DNA from: a virus
Lineage: Duplodnaviria; Caudoviricetes
Length of the DNA: 64,000 nucleotides
Reading direction: 5' to 3' (one strand)
IMG/VR virus record: IMGVR_UViG_3300043429_000255
Span: 1,980-65,979 of that record
Shown here: piece by piece, positions 10,622-20,737 of the stretch
How the letters are laid out: the number at the start of each line of letters is the position of its first letter
Numbering within the stretch: position 1 is the first letter of the stretch
Program-made: the position numbers and the translations under genes
The notes under the pieces: model-generated
The model's database searches: none
Seen by the model: the letters and a program-made list of their open reading frames with translations, nothing else
Told to the model about the DNA's origin: nothing

Positions 10622-11176
10622 TTACAATTCCTTTTCTTTTGTTTTTTCTACTGCCATGTCAAAGAATATCATACTTACAAATTCTCCGTCATTAAATATT
10701 TTCTCGGGCCTTCCATGCTCGAGTGATCCTGGATGAAAGGCAATTGCCTCATTATTTTTTAGTGTAAAGCTCTCACCCTCCACATAGATATCCCAGTCTA
10801 TATTTGAATCTAGCTGGTAGTCTACCAGCCAAAAGTGGTTCACCCTATCCTTATGAGATCTAAGTTCTGGGGCCCCATATTTAAGACTGTACTCTGTATA
10901 TGTGGCACTATTTAGGTGTGCCGAGTAGCCAGAGCTTTTTGCAAAACCAACCAAAGTATTCTTTATGTCTTTTGGAATAAGATAGTTAAGGTTTATACCA
11001 ATTTTTCCTAGATTAGTATTTTGAATAATGTGCGTTACTGACTTTGCTGCTGGAAAAACCTTGTCAGTTTTTTCGTCCCAAACAAATAGTTCTCTACTGT
11101 TTTTCTCATCATTTACGATTTTTTTTAGATTTAGGACTTGCTCTTCTGAAAATAAATTTTCTATCTTTTTAAGCAC
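10622..11176 (-). CDS. 2OG-Fe(II) oxygenase-like protein
   Basis: SHKD ... DYQLDSNIDWDIYVE ... EHGR; same family as the genes at 7734 and 8602. Confidence 0.65.
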   Translation of the reverse strand: MLKKIENLFSEEQVLNLKKIVNDEKNSRELFVWDEKTDKVFPAAKSVTHIIQNTNLGKIGINLNYLIPKDIKNTLVGFAKSSGYSAHLNSATYTEYSLKYGAPELRSHKDRVNHFWLVDYQLDSNIDWDIYVEGESFTLKNNEAIAFHPGSLEHGRPEKIFNDGEFVSMIFFDMAVEKTKEKEL

Positions 11177-14100
11177 TTACATCCTCCATAATTACCGTAC
11201 CGTCTTTCGTCTTTCCAAGGTCAAACTTGTAGGAGTTTCCCTCTTGAATTTTCATATATGCCTTAGCAAATGCTGTTGGAAATACGGTAACTGGGTGCAA
11301 CTCTCTAGCAGTATCTGCAAGCGTCAGCGATGCCATTTTCTTGCCTGCCTTAGTTACACGTGGCTTAAAAGATACAACAAACATCTCATCTTCCTTATAT
11401 GGCAAAGTCTTATAGCCAAGATACTTTGTCAAAGAGGATTCTACCTTTCCAATATCTTCTACTGGAATGGACTCTACAATACGGTTGTCGCTTGCAAGGA
11501 TAAGATATGTTTTACCACTCTCAATAGCTGTTTGTTCTTCGTCAAAGATGCCCACGCTGCCAGTCTTATCTAGAATCTCTACACGACTCCAGCCTGACCC
11601 ACGCTTGATACCTTTGACCATGCCCATAAGAATAAAAGATCCTTTTTCCTCAAACTCGTCTACATCATTAATAAATGCATAGTAGTGCTGTGGAATAGAA
11701 AAATTAAACTCTGGCAGGTTTAGGTACTCATACAGGTTTTCTTTAATCTCTTCGTCATTACGAGGATTATCTGGGAATGTTGCACCGCCGATCACACGCA
11801 AGGCCTGTAGAGCACGAGAGTTAACTCCGCTACCTTTGGTAAAGGTAAACTCTTCTAACTCTTTATACGAGCTAAATGGACGCTTCTCCATGTACTTTGC
11901 AGCAATGTTGTCAGAAATATACTTAATAGCAGTTAGGCCAAATCGGATACCTTTGCCCTCAATCTTAAAGTCAATATCTGAATCATTAATGTGTGGCAGC
12001 TTTACAGCAATACCCATACGCTTTGCTTCGATAAGGTATTCTGTACGAGCATCCTTATCCTTCTCATTCTTAAGCAAAGAGTACATAAACTCAAGTGGGT
12101 AGTTGTACTTTAGCCATGCTGTCCAGTAAGACAAGGTTGAGTAAGCAACAGCGTGTGACTTGTTGAATGAGTAGCCAGCGTGTGCCTCAAAGTCTGTCCA
12201 AAGCTCTTCTGCAATGTTTGGAGACAGGAATCTTGATGCACCCTTAACGAACTGATCCTTAAACTGGTCAAACTCTTTGGCATCTTTCTTCTTACCAATA
12301 ATCTTACGAACCTTGTCAGCCTCAGCCATTGTCATTCCACCAAGTTCGGTACAGGCCTGCATAACTTGTTCCTGGTATAGGATGCAACCGTAAGTTTCTT
12401 CGGTAAATGCCTTCATAACCTGGTGGTGATATGCAATGTTCTGTCTACCGTGCTTACGAGCAATGTAGTCTTTACCAATAGTATTCATTGCACCTGGTCG
12501 AACAAGAGCGTTAGATGCAGCAAGCTCTGCAAAGTTTTTAACACCCATTTTAATAAGTAGGTTCGTATACGGAGTAGCTTCACATTGGAACACACCCTTG
12601 GTATATCCTTCTGACAGCATCTTGTATACGTTTGCATCATCCATGTTAACGTCAAGTAGATTAATCTTTTTGTCGTGACGCTCTTCAATGATGTCTAGCG
12701 TGTCTCTAAGAACAGATAGAGTCTTAAGACCAAGTGCATCGATCTTGATTAGACCAATTCTTTCTGCTTCTTCCATGTCTACCGCCACAACTGGAATACG
12801 GTCCTTTGAGCCTGGAGTAGTTCTAGTCTCTAGAGGAGCAAACTTAAAGATAGGTTGTTTAGAAGTTACAACACCAGCAGCGTGGATACCAGTTCCACGA
12901 ATACGGCCACGCAGTAGATCTCCATACTTTTCAATTTCTGGATACTTTTCACGGAACCATGCTGCTTGCTTAGATGTGCAATAGTCATCCCAATCATCTA
13001 CAACCTTTAGAACCTTGTTAACATCCGATAGAGGAATGCTTAGTGTACGTGCAATGTCACGAACCATTCCCTTGCCACGGAACTGCAAGAATGTTGCAAT
13101 AGATGCAACGTGCTTGTACTGACGAACTAGATAGTCTTTAACCTCTTCACGGCGTGAGTCCTGAATATCTGTATCGATATCTGGGAAGTCGTTACGTTCT
13201 GGATTAATGAATCGGAAGAATAGTAGTCCATGGACAATTGGGTCAATGTCTGTAATTTCTAGTGCATAGCAAAGCAGTGAGCCAGCAGCAGAACCACGAC
13301 CTGGTCCAACCATAATGCCCTCTTTTTTAGCCCAAGAAATCATTGATCGAACAACCAGGAAGTATGGTCCAAAGTTCTTGTCTTCAATTACCTTTAGCTC
13401 TTCATCCAATCTATCCAGATACTCTTGAGTTTTTACTCCACGCTTTTCAAGACCTGCCAAAGCAAGCTCACGAAGCTCTTGATTTGGATTCTGATATTGA
13501 ACTGGAAGAAGGTCCTGGTGGTCCTTAATCTTATAGTCCTCAATCTTATCAACAATTTCTTGAGTAGCCTCATACATATCTTCACGGTCGATGCCCTGAG
13601 CCTTCATAGCGTTGTGCATCTCTTCGTCAGATAGTAGGTGAATCTCAAACTTATTAAATGACATTTGACGATCTGCACCATACAGATAATCTAGGCGGTC
13701 CATTAGGTTGTCATACTTAGTTGACTTCTCGTATGAAACATCCTTTTCGGTCTTGTTTGAATATGAGTTAAGAATAAGCTTTAGTTCCTGAATCTCTTTT
13801 TGAGATGGATCTGAGTGGTGACAGTCTGGAGTTACAACTGGCTTAATTCCAAATTCATCTGCAAGATCTAGCAAAAGCTTATTTACTTCTGGTGGGTTGT
13901 GTGGCATAACCTCGATATAATAATCATCGCCAAAAGTTTTCTTAGCCCATTGAATGTGCTCTTTTGCAACAGCAAGATTATCTGCTTCGATTGCCTTTGC
14001 TAGAAAACCAGACAAACATCCAGAAGTAACAATAAGTCCTTCCTTATACTTTTCTAGAATTTCCCAGTCAATACGTGGCTTCTTGTAGAATCCTTCTGTC

Positions 14101-14441
14101 CAAGCAATCTCATTTAGCTTGTTAAGGTTTTCAAGTCCTTTGGCATTCTTTGCCAAAATAATAAGGTGGTTATAGTTTAGATCAAGAAGGTCGTTCTTCT
14201 CCTTCTTGTCTGTGTGATCAAAGCGATCCTTCGTGATGTATCCCTCAATTCCTAGAATTGGTTTAATCCCTGCCTCTTTAGCAGCACGATACATTTCACG
14301 GTGACCAGATAGAGATCCATGGTCAGTAATAGCAATAGCTGGCATTCCCAACTCTACTGCACGATCCACATATTCCTGTGGGGTGGCGATTCCGTCAAAC
14401 AAACTGTAATGCGTGTGAACGTGAAGCCCTGTGTAACTCAT
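11169..14441 (-). CDS. dnaE: DNA polymerase III alpha subunit
   Basis: PHP HVHTHYSLFDG, AITDHG, GPGRGSAAGS, PDIDTD, HAAGVV, KIDALGL, YSFNKSHA. Confidence 0.97.
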   Translation of the reverse strand: MSYTGLHVHTHYSLFDGIATPQEYVDRAVELGMPAIAITDHGSLSGHREMYRAAKEAGIKPILGIEGYITKDRFDHTDKKEKNDLLDLNYNHLIILAKNAKGLENLNKLNEIAWTEGFYKKPRIDWEILEKYKEGLIVTSGCLSGFLAKAIEADNLAVAKEHIQWAKKTFGDDYYIEVMPHNPPEVNKLLLDLADEFGIKPVVTPDCHHSDPSQKEIQELKLILNSYSNKTEKDVSYEKSTKYDNLMDRLDYLYGADRQMSFNKFEIHLLSDEEMHNAMKAQGIDREDMYEATQEIVDKIEDYKIKDHQDLLPVQYQNPNQELRELALAGLEKRGVKTQEYLDRLDEELKVIEDKNFGPYFLVVRSMISWAKKEGIMVGPGRGSAAGSLLCYALEITDIDPIVHGLLFFRFINPERNDFPDIDTDIQDSRREEVKDYLVRQYKHVASIATFLQFRGKGMVRDIARTLSIPLSDVNKVLKVVDDWDDYCTSKQAAWFREKYPEIEKYGDLLRGRIRGTGIHAAGVVTSKQPIFKFAPLETRTTPGSKDRIPVVAVDMEEAERIGLIKIDALGLKTLSVLRDTLDIIEERHDKKINLLDVNMDDANVYKMLSEGYTKGVFQCEATPYTNLLIKMGVKNFAELAASNALVRPGAMNTIGKDYIARKHGRQNIAYHHQVMKAFTEETYGCILYQEQVMQACTELGGMTMAEADKVRKIIGKKKDAKEFDQFKDQFVKGASRFLSPNIAEELWTDFEAHAGYSFNKSHAVAYSTLSYWTAWLKYNYPLEFMYSLLKNEKDKDARTEYLIEAKRMGIAVKLPHINDSDIDFKIEGKGIRFGLTAIKYISDNIAAKYMEKRPFSSYKELEEFTFTKGSGVNSRALQALRVIGGATFPDNPRNDEEIKENLYEYLNLPEFNFSIPQHYYAFINDVDEFEEKGSFILMGMVKGIKRGSGWSRVEILDKTGSVGIFDEEQTAIESGKTYLILASDNRIVESIPVEDIGKVESSLTKYLGYKTLPYKEDEMFVVSFKPRVTKAGKKMASLTLADTARELHPVTVFPTAFAKAYMKIQEGNSYKFDLGKTKDGTVIMEDVSA

Positions 14442-14475
14442 ATTATCCTTAATGTTATTTTAGTAATGTGTAAAA

Positions 14476-14504
14476 ATTATTGCATATTTTTGACATATTG
14501 TCAA
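14476..14504 (-). promoter_or_regulatory. dnaE promoter with a TTGACA-TAT-TGTCAA palindrome
   Basis: -35 TTGACA, 17-nt spacer, AATAAT; perfect inverted repeat at 14490-14504. Confidence 0.5.
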
Positions 14505-14520
14505 GATGTGTAAAGCAAAT

Positions 14521-14545
14521 GGGGGTACCCATTATAGATACCCCC
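14521..14545 (-). terminator. Hairpin after the ssb gene
   Basis: GGGGGTATC-loop-GGTACCCCC followed by ATTTGCTTT. Confidence 0.6.
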
Positions 14546-14556
14546 ACAAGCTTATT

Positions 14557-15210
14557 TTACCAATCTGTGTTGGTAGAGGTGATTGATGGAGAATCAAACC
14601 CGAAGTAGAATGCTTCCTGCTCTGGGTAAGGAACTTCACGAACAACCTTCTCAAGGTTAAAGAATTCGTAGTCTCCCCATGTAAATGGCTCTGCATCTGG
14701 GCTAGTAGGAATTAGAGTGTAATTGGTTTCTGTACCCTGGCCATTACGCTTTAGCTTCCACTGTAGGTTTGAGATGCTACCAGTTTCTAGTGCATACTCA
14801 CGGATAGTGTTAAAAGCTGACTGCTTAGTAACACCCTGAGACCATACTGCAATATATGGTGCCTCTAGGCCATCGTCAACTAGCACGTTGCAGTAGAAGC
14901 GAAGCTTTGATCGCCATCCAGCCTTTGGCTCCTTGCGAGCCATCTCACAAGCAAAGCAGCGACCTTCTGATTCCTGAGTACAGGCAGCCATACGCTTGTA
15001 GTCTTTTGGATTAGTGTGCTGTGCGATAACTACAGATAGACCACGGTCTTCTGCGTAGTGAGCTGAGTCCTGATCTAGCTCTTCAACAAAACGAATCTTT
15101 GCTGCCTGACCATCTGCTAGCTTTACCCAGCGAACCTTTGCTCCTGTTGATTCATACTTTGGCTTATCTAGGATTGCATTGATATCCTTTAGCCCTTTAA
15201 TTACACTCAT
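14557..15210 (-). CDS. Phage ssDNA-binding protein (gp32-like)
   Basis: KIRF...H...C....C..C zinc motif, LKRNGQGTETNY, acidic aromatic tail; lies in the replication block. Confidence 0.7.
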   Translation of the reverse strand: MSVIKGLKDINAILDKPKYESTGAKVRWVKLADGQAAKIRFVEELDQDSAHYAEDRGLSVVIAQHTNPKDYKRMAACTQESEGRCFACEMARKEPKAGWRSKLRFYCNVLVDDGLEAPYIAVWSQGVTKQSAFNTIREYALETGSISNLQWKLKRNGQGTETNYTLIPTSPDAEPFTWGDYEFFNLEKVVREVPYPEQEAFYFGFDSPSITSTNTDW

Positions 15211-15236
15211 TTTTTTTCCTTTTCTGTTTGGTTTTT

Positions 15237-16184
15237 CTATTTTAGCATATCGTTGATTGTGTTGTCAAATGATACGTTTAGAGTTTTAATCTCTTCGTCT
15301 GTCATATCTCCAACATCTTTATACTTATTATTTAAATGAATTACAGAAACACGAGACCCCAATTTCTCGATGATCTTCTTTTTCATGTTTCCGCCTGCTT
15401 CATCATTATCTGCAATAACAACAATATTATTGAAATACTTCTGAAGAAGATTTATCTGAATACTAGAAACGTTAGCTCCTAGTGTGGCTACTGCTGGATA
15501 TCCACACTGCCAAAGTCGAATAGCATCAAAAGACGATTCTACCACAAATACCCTGCCTGCTGTTTTAACACGGTGCAAGTTAAATAGTACTTTGCTCTTT
15601 GGTAATCCTGGGGTATTCTTAAAATCTTTACCCTCAATTGAACGGCCCACAAAGCCAACGGCAATTCCGTCTGGTGAATGAACAGGGATTGTAATCATAT
15701 CATTCTTTTCTGAATATCCTAGCTCAAACTTGTCAATTGACTGTTCGTGAATTTTTCTATTACGAAGATATTCTTTAGCACGGTCAGAGCTAGCTGCTTG
15801 ACGATATAGCTTGTTTATCATTGCTGAGTCGAACTCAACGTATTCTGGCTGGTCTACAAGCTGCTTGGATACTTCATAAACAAGATCTATGGCTTGTTCC
15901 TTATCCTTTATAAATCTAATAGACTCAAAGTATGTTCTTGCAGATGTAAACATTACAAACTCAACAAGGTCTGCAACCTTTTGGCAAGAAAAGCAAAAGA
16001 ATGTTCCTTTAGTCTTATCAATTTCGCCTGCAGGACTTCTGGTGTTGTTGTGAAATGGACAGAATATAATGTAGTCAGAGTCTACCTCAGATTCAATCGG
16101 TATCCCACAGCCAACCAAGATTCTTCTAATCTGATCTGCACTGTATAGATCTCTAACTGGTCTCTTCTTAGTAGTAGCTGACAT
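15237..16184 (-). CDS. dnaG: DNA primase (CHC2 zinc finger + TOPRIM)
   Basis: CPFHNNTRSP...CFSC; VVESSFDA; ADNDEAG; KDVGDM. Confidence 0.92.
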   Translation of the reverse strand: MSATTKKRPVRDLYSADQIRRILVGCGIPIESEVDSDYIIFCPFHNNTRSPAGEIDKTKGTFFCFSCQKVADLVEFVMFTSARTYFESIRFIKDKEQAIDLVYEVSKQLVDQPEYVEFDSAMINKLYRQAASSDRAKEYLRNRKIHEQSIDKFELGYSEKNDMITIPVHSPDGIAVGFVGRSIEGKDFKNTPGLPKSKVLFNLHRVKTAGRVFVVESSFDAIRLWQCGYPAVATLGANVSSIQINLLQKYFNNIVVIADNDEAGGNMKKKIIEKLGSRVSVIHLNNKYKDVGDMTDEEIKTLNVSFDNTINDMLK

Positions 16185-17404
16185 TAGTTATCCTCAAAGT
16201 CCTTGTACTTGTAGTATCCCTTGTCAAAGTCAGCTTGCACTAGGAACTCGCCCATAAAACCATTACGGTTCTTTCTAAAGACACACTCAAGAATGTCCGA
16301 GTTAGTTCCACGGCCCATAGCTAATACCCAGTCAGCATCGTAAGCGATCTGGCGTGACCAAGCAGTTTGTCCAAGAGTTGGTACAGTGTCTAGCTTGTTT
16401 ACGTCATCTGGTGTAGCAGATGAGATTGCCATAATTGGAACAGCTTCTGAAATTGCCATCAGTTTTAGCTCACGAGACAGGTTCTTCATGCGAACAGTTT
16501 CATTATCTGACTTTTGGTTTGGACTCATTAGCTGTAGATAGTCTACAACAATGAAGTCTGGCTTGTACTGATCAATTTTACCACGCAAGACTGATGGGGT
16601 AACATCTCCACCACCGTCATTTGAAATAATGTGGAACTCTGGCTTGCCTTCAACATTCTTCTTGTGCCAAGTCTTTAGATCTTCTATCTCAATTTGACCG
16701 TTGCTAATCTTTCTGTGAGACCAAAGACCTTCGCCCATAATAGTAAATACACGGTTACGAACTTCTGTTTCACTCATTTCAAGTGAAATAATCATTGGTG
16801 ACTTACCCTGCTTCCAAGCCTGTACCGCAAAGTATAGAGATAGCCAAGACTTACCAATACCTGGATAGGCAAGAAAAACACCAAGCTGACCAGGCATAAT
16901 TCCAGATGGAAGATAATTGTCAAATCCTGGCAATCCAGTCTTAATTCCCATAAGGCCTAGCTCTTGCTGCTTCTTGACATTTTCAAAGTAAGCAACTGCA
17001 GAGTCGATGTCTGTCACATCGATGTCACGGATTACCGCTGTGTTTTTCTTTAGTTCTGAAGTTTTCGTAATTAGGTCTTCTAGAGCAGTTGGACCATTAC
17101 CACTCTGGATATCGTTTGCAGCAGACCTAACAATATCTTTTAGGCTGTCATTTAGATATTCGCCCTGTAGCTCTTCTAGGTGATACTTTGTTGCCCCAAC
17201 ACCTTCTACTGGAGTGAAGTCACGAAACTTTTCTACGACAAGACTTAGTGGTGGAACAGCCTGGTTAATCTCAGAGTATGATCTGATGAATTGCCAAATG
17301 TCTGTATGAGTTCGAAGAAGATTCTCTACGTTTGCCTGTAGCAATACGTGAACTTGTTTGTCCTGCAATACTGCAGAAATTAGTTTTGCCTCTGTATTAT
17401 TCAT
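16184..17404 (-). CDS. dnaB: Replicative DnaB-like helicase
   Basis: AYPGIGKS, ISLEMS, VVDYLQLM, YDADWV, KNRNG. Confidence 0.93.
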   Translation of the reverse strand: MNNTEAKLISAVLQDKQVHVLLQANVENLLRTHTDIWQFIRSYSEINQAVPPLSLVVEKFRDFTPVEGVGATKYHLEELQGEYLNDSLKDIVRSAANDIQSGNGPTALEDLITKTSELKKNTAVIRDIDVTDIDSAVAYFENVKKQQELGLMGIKTGLPGFDNYLPSGIMPGQLGVFLAYPGIGKSWLSLYFAVQAWKQGKSPMIISLEMSETEVRNRVFTIMGEGLWSHRKISNGQIEIEDLKTWHKKNVEGKPEFHIISNDGGGDVTPSVLRGKIDQYKPDFIVVDYLQLMSPNQKSDNETVRMKNLSRELKLMAISEAVPIMAISSATPDDVNKLDTVPTLGQTAWSRQIAYDADWVLAMGRGTNSDILECVFRKNRNGFMGEFLVQADFDKGYYKYKDFEDN

Positions 17405-17705
17405 TTAACCATTTCTTTGCTAGTCTTCTACGTTCCAGTCTTTCTCTGGTATCTTTTACGCTTTGCTCTCTAGAAGCAATAATCTCTTCTGCATAATTTG
17501 CAAAATATTTCCAATCTGGCTTAATAGCCACATTAAAATAATATTGTAGCAAATCATAGCATGCGATCATCCCGAAGGATTCTATAAGTGCATCTGCTGC
17601 CCATTGCTCAGCATTAAGATTAAGGATTGGCTTTTCTCCATACTTTTCAGTATGCAGCTTTTGATATCTGCTGAGCAAAGCCATTCGGTCTTTGCGTTCT
17701 GCCAT
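17397..17705 (-). CDS. Hypothetical protein
   Basis: Translationally coupled ORF upstream of the helicase. Confidence 0.65.
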   Translation of the reverse strand: MAERKDRMALLSRYQKLHTEKYGEKPILNLNAEQWAADALIESFGMIACYDLLQYYFNVAIKPDWKYFANYAEEIIASREQSVKDTRERLERRRLAKKWLNE

Positions 17706-17908
17706 TAGTCTACTTCTGACTTAGCTTCGTTAACTTTTTCTGTTAGCTTTGCCTCTACAAAAGAGTACACACGCTCAAAGGCTTCACTGGTGGTTTCTCC
17801 CTCACGCTTGTTATCCTGCACTTCTAGATCAATGCGGAGTGATTGAAAATTTCCAAGATTGAGGGTGTAGCCTAGCCCAATCTTTACTTTAGTCTCTTCG
17901 TTATTCAT
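17705..17908 (-). CDS. Hypothetical protein
   Basis: GYTLNLGNFQSLRID; start moved to MNNEETK. Confidence 0.65.
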   Translation of the reverse strand: MNNEETKVKIGLGYTLNLGNFQSLRIDLEVQDNKREGETTSEAFERVYSFVEAKLTEKVNEAKSEVD

Positions 17909-17925
17909 ACCCGTGTAACTTTCTT

Positions 17926-18471
17926 CTAAATTGATTCCGACCAAATCGGAATAAAACGTCCATCTTCAGTTCTTGTATAAGTCAGTATACCATCACCAAT
18001 ACGTCTTGTCAACTCCTGTCTCGTTGGAGTTATGTCATTGGTAACCAGCTTATCAAACCTTGGCCTGCCGATGTGGTAGGATGCAAGTATATCACGAATG
18101 GCAAATACTTGCGACTCTGAGTAGTAGCTTCTAACTTGCCACCCTGTAGCTCCGCCCTTTTGAGATCCAGTAGGTCTTGGAATAACCTCTCGCCTCATGA
18201 GTGATGGCATATACTTTTTGTGTCTATTTACCAAGGCAGCTGTTTCTCCTACAGTAAAGGCACGTTCACGATTTTTCTTAAAATCACTAATAAGACAGCT
18301 TTCAATTCTGTCTTGAATAATATTATAAACAGACATTATTCCATTTGACTTATTTAGGTGATGGACTCTTACAAGATCACCATTAAGAAACCAGACTTTT
18401 TTATTGCCTGGAATAATCGGGGAATTGTTATATTCCTCACGGCTCATGGCCCCAAGTCTATGCTGTTTCAT
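17926..18471 (-). CDS. Putative DNA-binding protein (MerR-like HTH)
   Basis: FTVGETAALVNRH...IPRP...RSYYSESQV pattern. Confidence 0.55.
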   Translation of the reverse strand: MKQHRLGAMSREEYNNSPIIPGNKKVWFLNGDLVRVHHLNKSNGIMSVYNIIQDRIESCLISDFKKNRERAFTVGETAALVNRHKKYMPSLMRREVIPRPTGSQKGGATGWQVRSYYSESQVFAIRDILASYHIGRPRFDKLVTNDITPTRQELTRRIGDGILTYTRTEDGRFIPIWSESI

Positions 18472-18475
18472 TTTT

Positions 18476-18922
18476 TTAGTTTGGAATTCCGATAAGAATT
18501 ATATTAATACCAACAGTTAGGTCTCCAGAACCAGCAAAGGTTACTGTGCCACTCACGGTATTCTGGCTGACTGTCTTGATCATAACTGATACAGACTTAC
18601 CAGATTCAGATCCAGCAACGCTGATTGGTGTAGCAGTTGCAATTGGTGGGTACTTAAAGTCTGCTGGGAACTCATATGACCAGGTAACAACAGATCCTGC
18701 AGAAACGCTGCTGCTTACTACTTCTTTATAGCCACCAATGATTCTAGCCTCAGATGTCTTAATAGACTGCTTTCCTGCAGTTGGTGTGTCTACGGTAAGA
18801 ATTTGTGCAGTAGGAGATGTTGAAAGCTGGGTAGCAATTTTATTAATTGCGTTAGCTAGCTCAAAAACATATGTTGCATCGATTGGCTGACCTGGATTAG
18901 GTATTCTGACTATATTTCCCAT
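18476..18922 (-). CDS. Minor tail protein (gp53/H-lectin-like C-terminus)
   Basis: FPADFKYPPIATAT...INIILIG; end of the tail block. Confidence 0.55.
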   Translation of the reverse strand: MGNIVRIPNPGQPIDATYVFELANAINKIATQLSTSPTAQILTVDTPTAGKQSIKTSEARIIGGYKEVVSSSVSAGSVVTWSYEFPADFKYPPIATATPISVAGSESGKSVSVMIKTVSQNTVSGTVTFAGSGDLTVGINIILIGIPN

Positions 18923-18937
18923 TTGTCTATTATACCA

Positions 18938-19357
18938 CTATACGTTCTTGGATCCTTCAAATACTTTAAGAACTGAAGATACGACTCTTTGTGCGGACCC
19001 AATCTGCACTAAAACATCAACAGAGCTTACTCCATCTGGAGCAATCACGCTATAGCTAGTAGTGGTTACACTCTTTTCATAAACATAGCTTCCAGAGTCC
19101 CAGCCCAAAAAAACATCATATGTTGGGGAATTATTGTCTTTATCCCAAGTTATAGTAATAACCTCTTTGCCAGCAGTAGTAGCTGAACTAATAACGCCAG
19201 GAACCTCTATAACTGGTTTGCCGTTAAGTACTGCTATTTCTGACCAGTCTGAATCTTTAGTTTTATCTAGAACGATCCTGTATCTAAGATAATACTTATT
19301 ATTTGAATTGACCAACGGCAAAGACATTTTGTCTATTGTTATTTTCCTGTTAGCCAT
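18938..19357 (-). CDS. Minor tail protein, FN3-like
   Basis: YYLRYRI...SDWS, ITITWD...YDVF. Confidence 0.5.
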   Translation of the reverse strand: MANRKITIDKMSLPLVNSNNKYYLRYRIVLDKTKDSDWSEIAVLNGKPVIEVPGVISSATTAGKEVITITWDKDNNSPTYDVFLGWDSGSYVYEKSVTTTSYSVIAPDGVSSVDVLVQIGSAQRVVSSVLKVFEGSKNV

Positions 19358-20730
19358 TAAACATCTATCCCAAATCTAAACTCCACGTAGCTTGTGGTGT
19401 TTGAAAGTTTTGTAATTGTTGACGCCCCAACTGTCTTTGCAACTGAATATCCAGACATTCCATATAGTGGGTTAACTACAGTAGTGTTTTCAAGTCTTAG
19501 TGCATCTAGACAAACATAGAACTTATCGCTCACTGTGTCTGTATCATCTAGTGTTGAAACATGCACAGTTACATTTGAAACACGTGACCAAGAGAATGAT
19601 GAGGTAGCATTTAACTCACTGATCTTTTTTGAAATAACAAAGTATCTATTAGTTGAAAAGTCTACGTCCGCATCAGTTAAATTGACCTCAAATGAGGCTG
19701 ACTCTCCCTCAGATACTGCGTCAATTGAAGAAAATCTAATAAGGATTCTAACTGCTGAAGGATGCTCATCCTCAGCACCTCTTGTATTAATTACAGAAAA
19801 TGCTAACCTTAGTTCATCTGATGGAGAATTCTTATCAAAGTTTAATGAGATTCCATTTAGGTGAATGTGGTCGCCAGAATTATAAACTAAATTACCAGCA
19901 GAATATCCTAAATCTGACAAGTTACCACGAATTGCCACAGCATTATTTAAGAATCTAGGAGTCTCGTATCTTGAAGTTCTTGCAACATTTGAGAAAACTT
20001 CGTTGTCAGAGTTTGTATGAATAACCTTGCAGTCCTTAGACACTCCGTCCACGAAGTATGTTCCGTCGATCTGGTTTGCTTCATTTCCACCGTCAAGTGC
20101 TGTATAGATCACTGGAATCGTTTCCACATTGGTGCCGTGATATTGCCAGTTTTCATTTTGCGAAAATGAATAAATAGTTCTACTAGCTTTTGATCCAGCA
20201 TCTGGGTTTGCTTGGGCAGAGAAAAGACCTAATTCAGTGATTTCATATCTTTCTTCTGTTGGAAGTTCTGCAGTAAGCACAACATTTGTATAAAAAGTTT
20301 TTGCCAATCCTCCAGAAGAGTATGATCCAGTAATAGGATTTACGATTGTAAAAGTAGTAGAGTTTGCAGCAACAATAATGCCTTCGTGAATATTAAATTG
20401 TGACGGAGCAACTCCAGTAATAGTTACTGTATCTCCAGGAACAAAGCTATTGTTTGCAGTGTAGACGACTGACGATCCAGATATAGATGCACCAGTAATG
20501 GTAGCTGATCCAGAAATCTCTGTAACATACCCTCTTGAAGTTATAGGAACTCTAAACATCTCAAAGTCTAGATTTTCTTTTAGTCTCTGAGAAGATATAT
20601 CTGCTGATGATGGAACATAAGACTCGTCGTATGGGGTTGGGCCACAGCCTACAGCAATATAAGAGGCATAGGCTGGTGCCTGGCCAATCAGGTATTTTGT
20701 AAGTAGGGCTTGCCCTTTATTAGTAATCAT
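19357..20730 (-). CDS. Minor tail protein
   Basis: MITNKG..LLTKYL...YIAVGCG...ITELGLFS fibre-anchor-like N-terminus; inserted GDTVTITG beta module. Confidence 0.65.
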   Translation of the reverse strand: MITNKGQALLTKYLIGQAPAYASYIAVGCGPTPYDESYVPSSADISSQRLKENLDFEMFRVPITSRGYVTEISGSATITGASISGSSVVYTANNSFVPGDTVTITGVAPSQFNIHEGIIVAANSTTFTIVNPITGSYSSGGLAKTFYTNVVLTAELPTEERYEITELGLFSAQANPDAGSKASRTIYSFSQNENWQYHGTNVETIPVIYTALDGGNEANQIDGTYFVDGVSKDCKVIHTNSDNEVFSNVARTSRYETPRFLNNAVAIRGNLSDLGYSAGNLVYNSGDHIHLNGISLNFDKNSPSDELRLAFSVINTRGAEDEHPSAVRILIRFSSIDAVSEGESASFEVNLTDADVDFSTNRYFVISKKISELNATSSFSWSRVSNVTVHVSTLDDTDTVSDKFYVCLDALRLENTTVVNPLYGMSGYSVAKTVGASTITKLSNTTSYVEFRFGIDV

Positions 20731-20737
20731 ATTATCC

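Noticed and set aside
1-17404. Inteins or introns in nrdE, terL, recA, dnaE or dnaB
   Set aside because: The proteins are of ordinary length with uninterrupted motifs; no splicing or LAGLIDADG signatures seen
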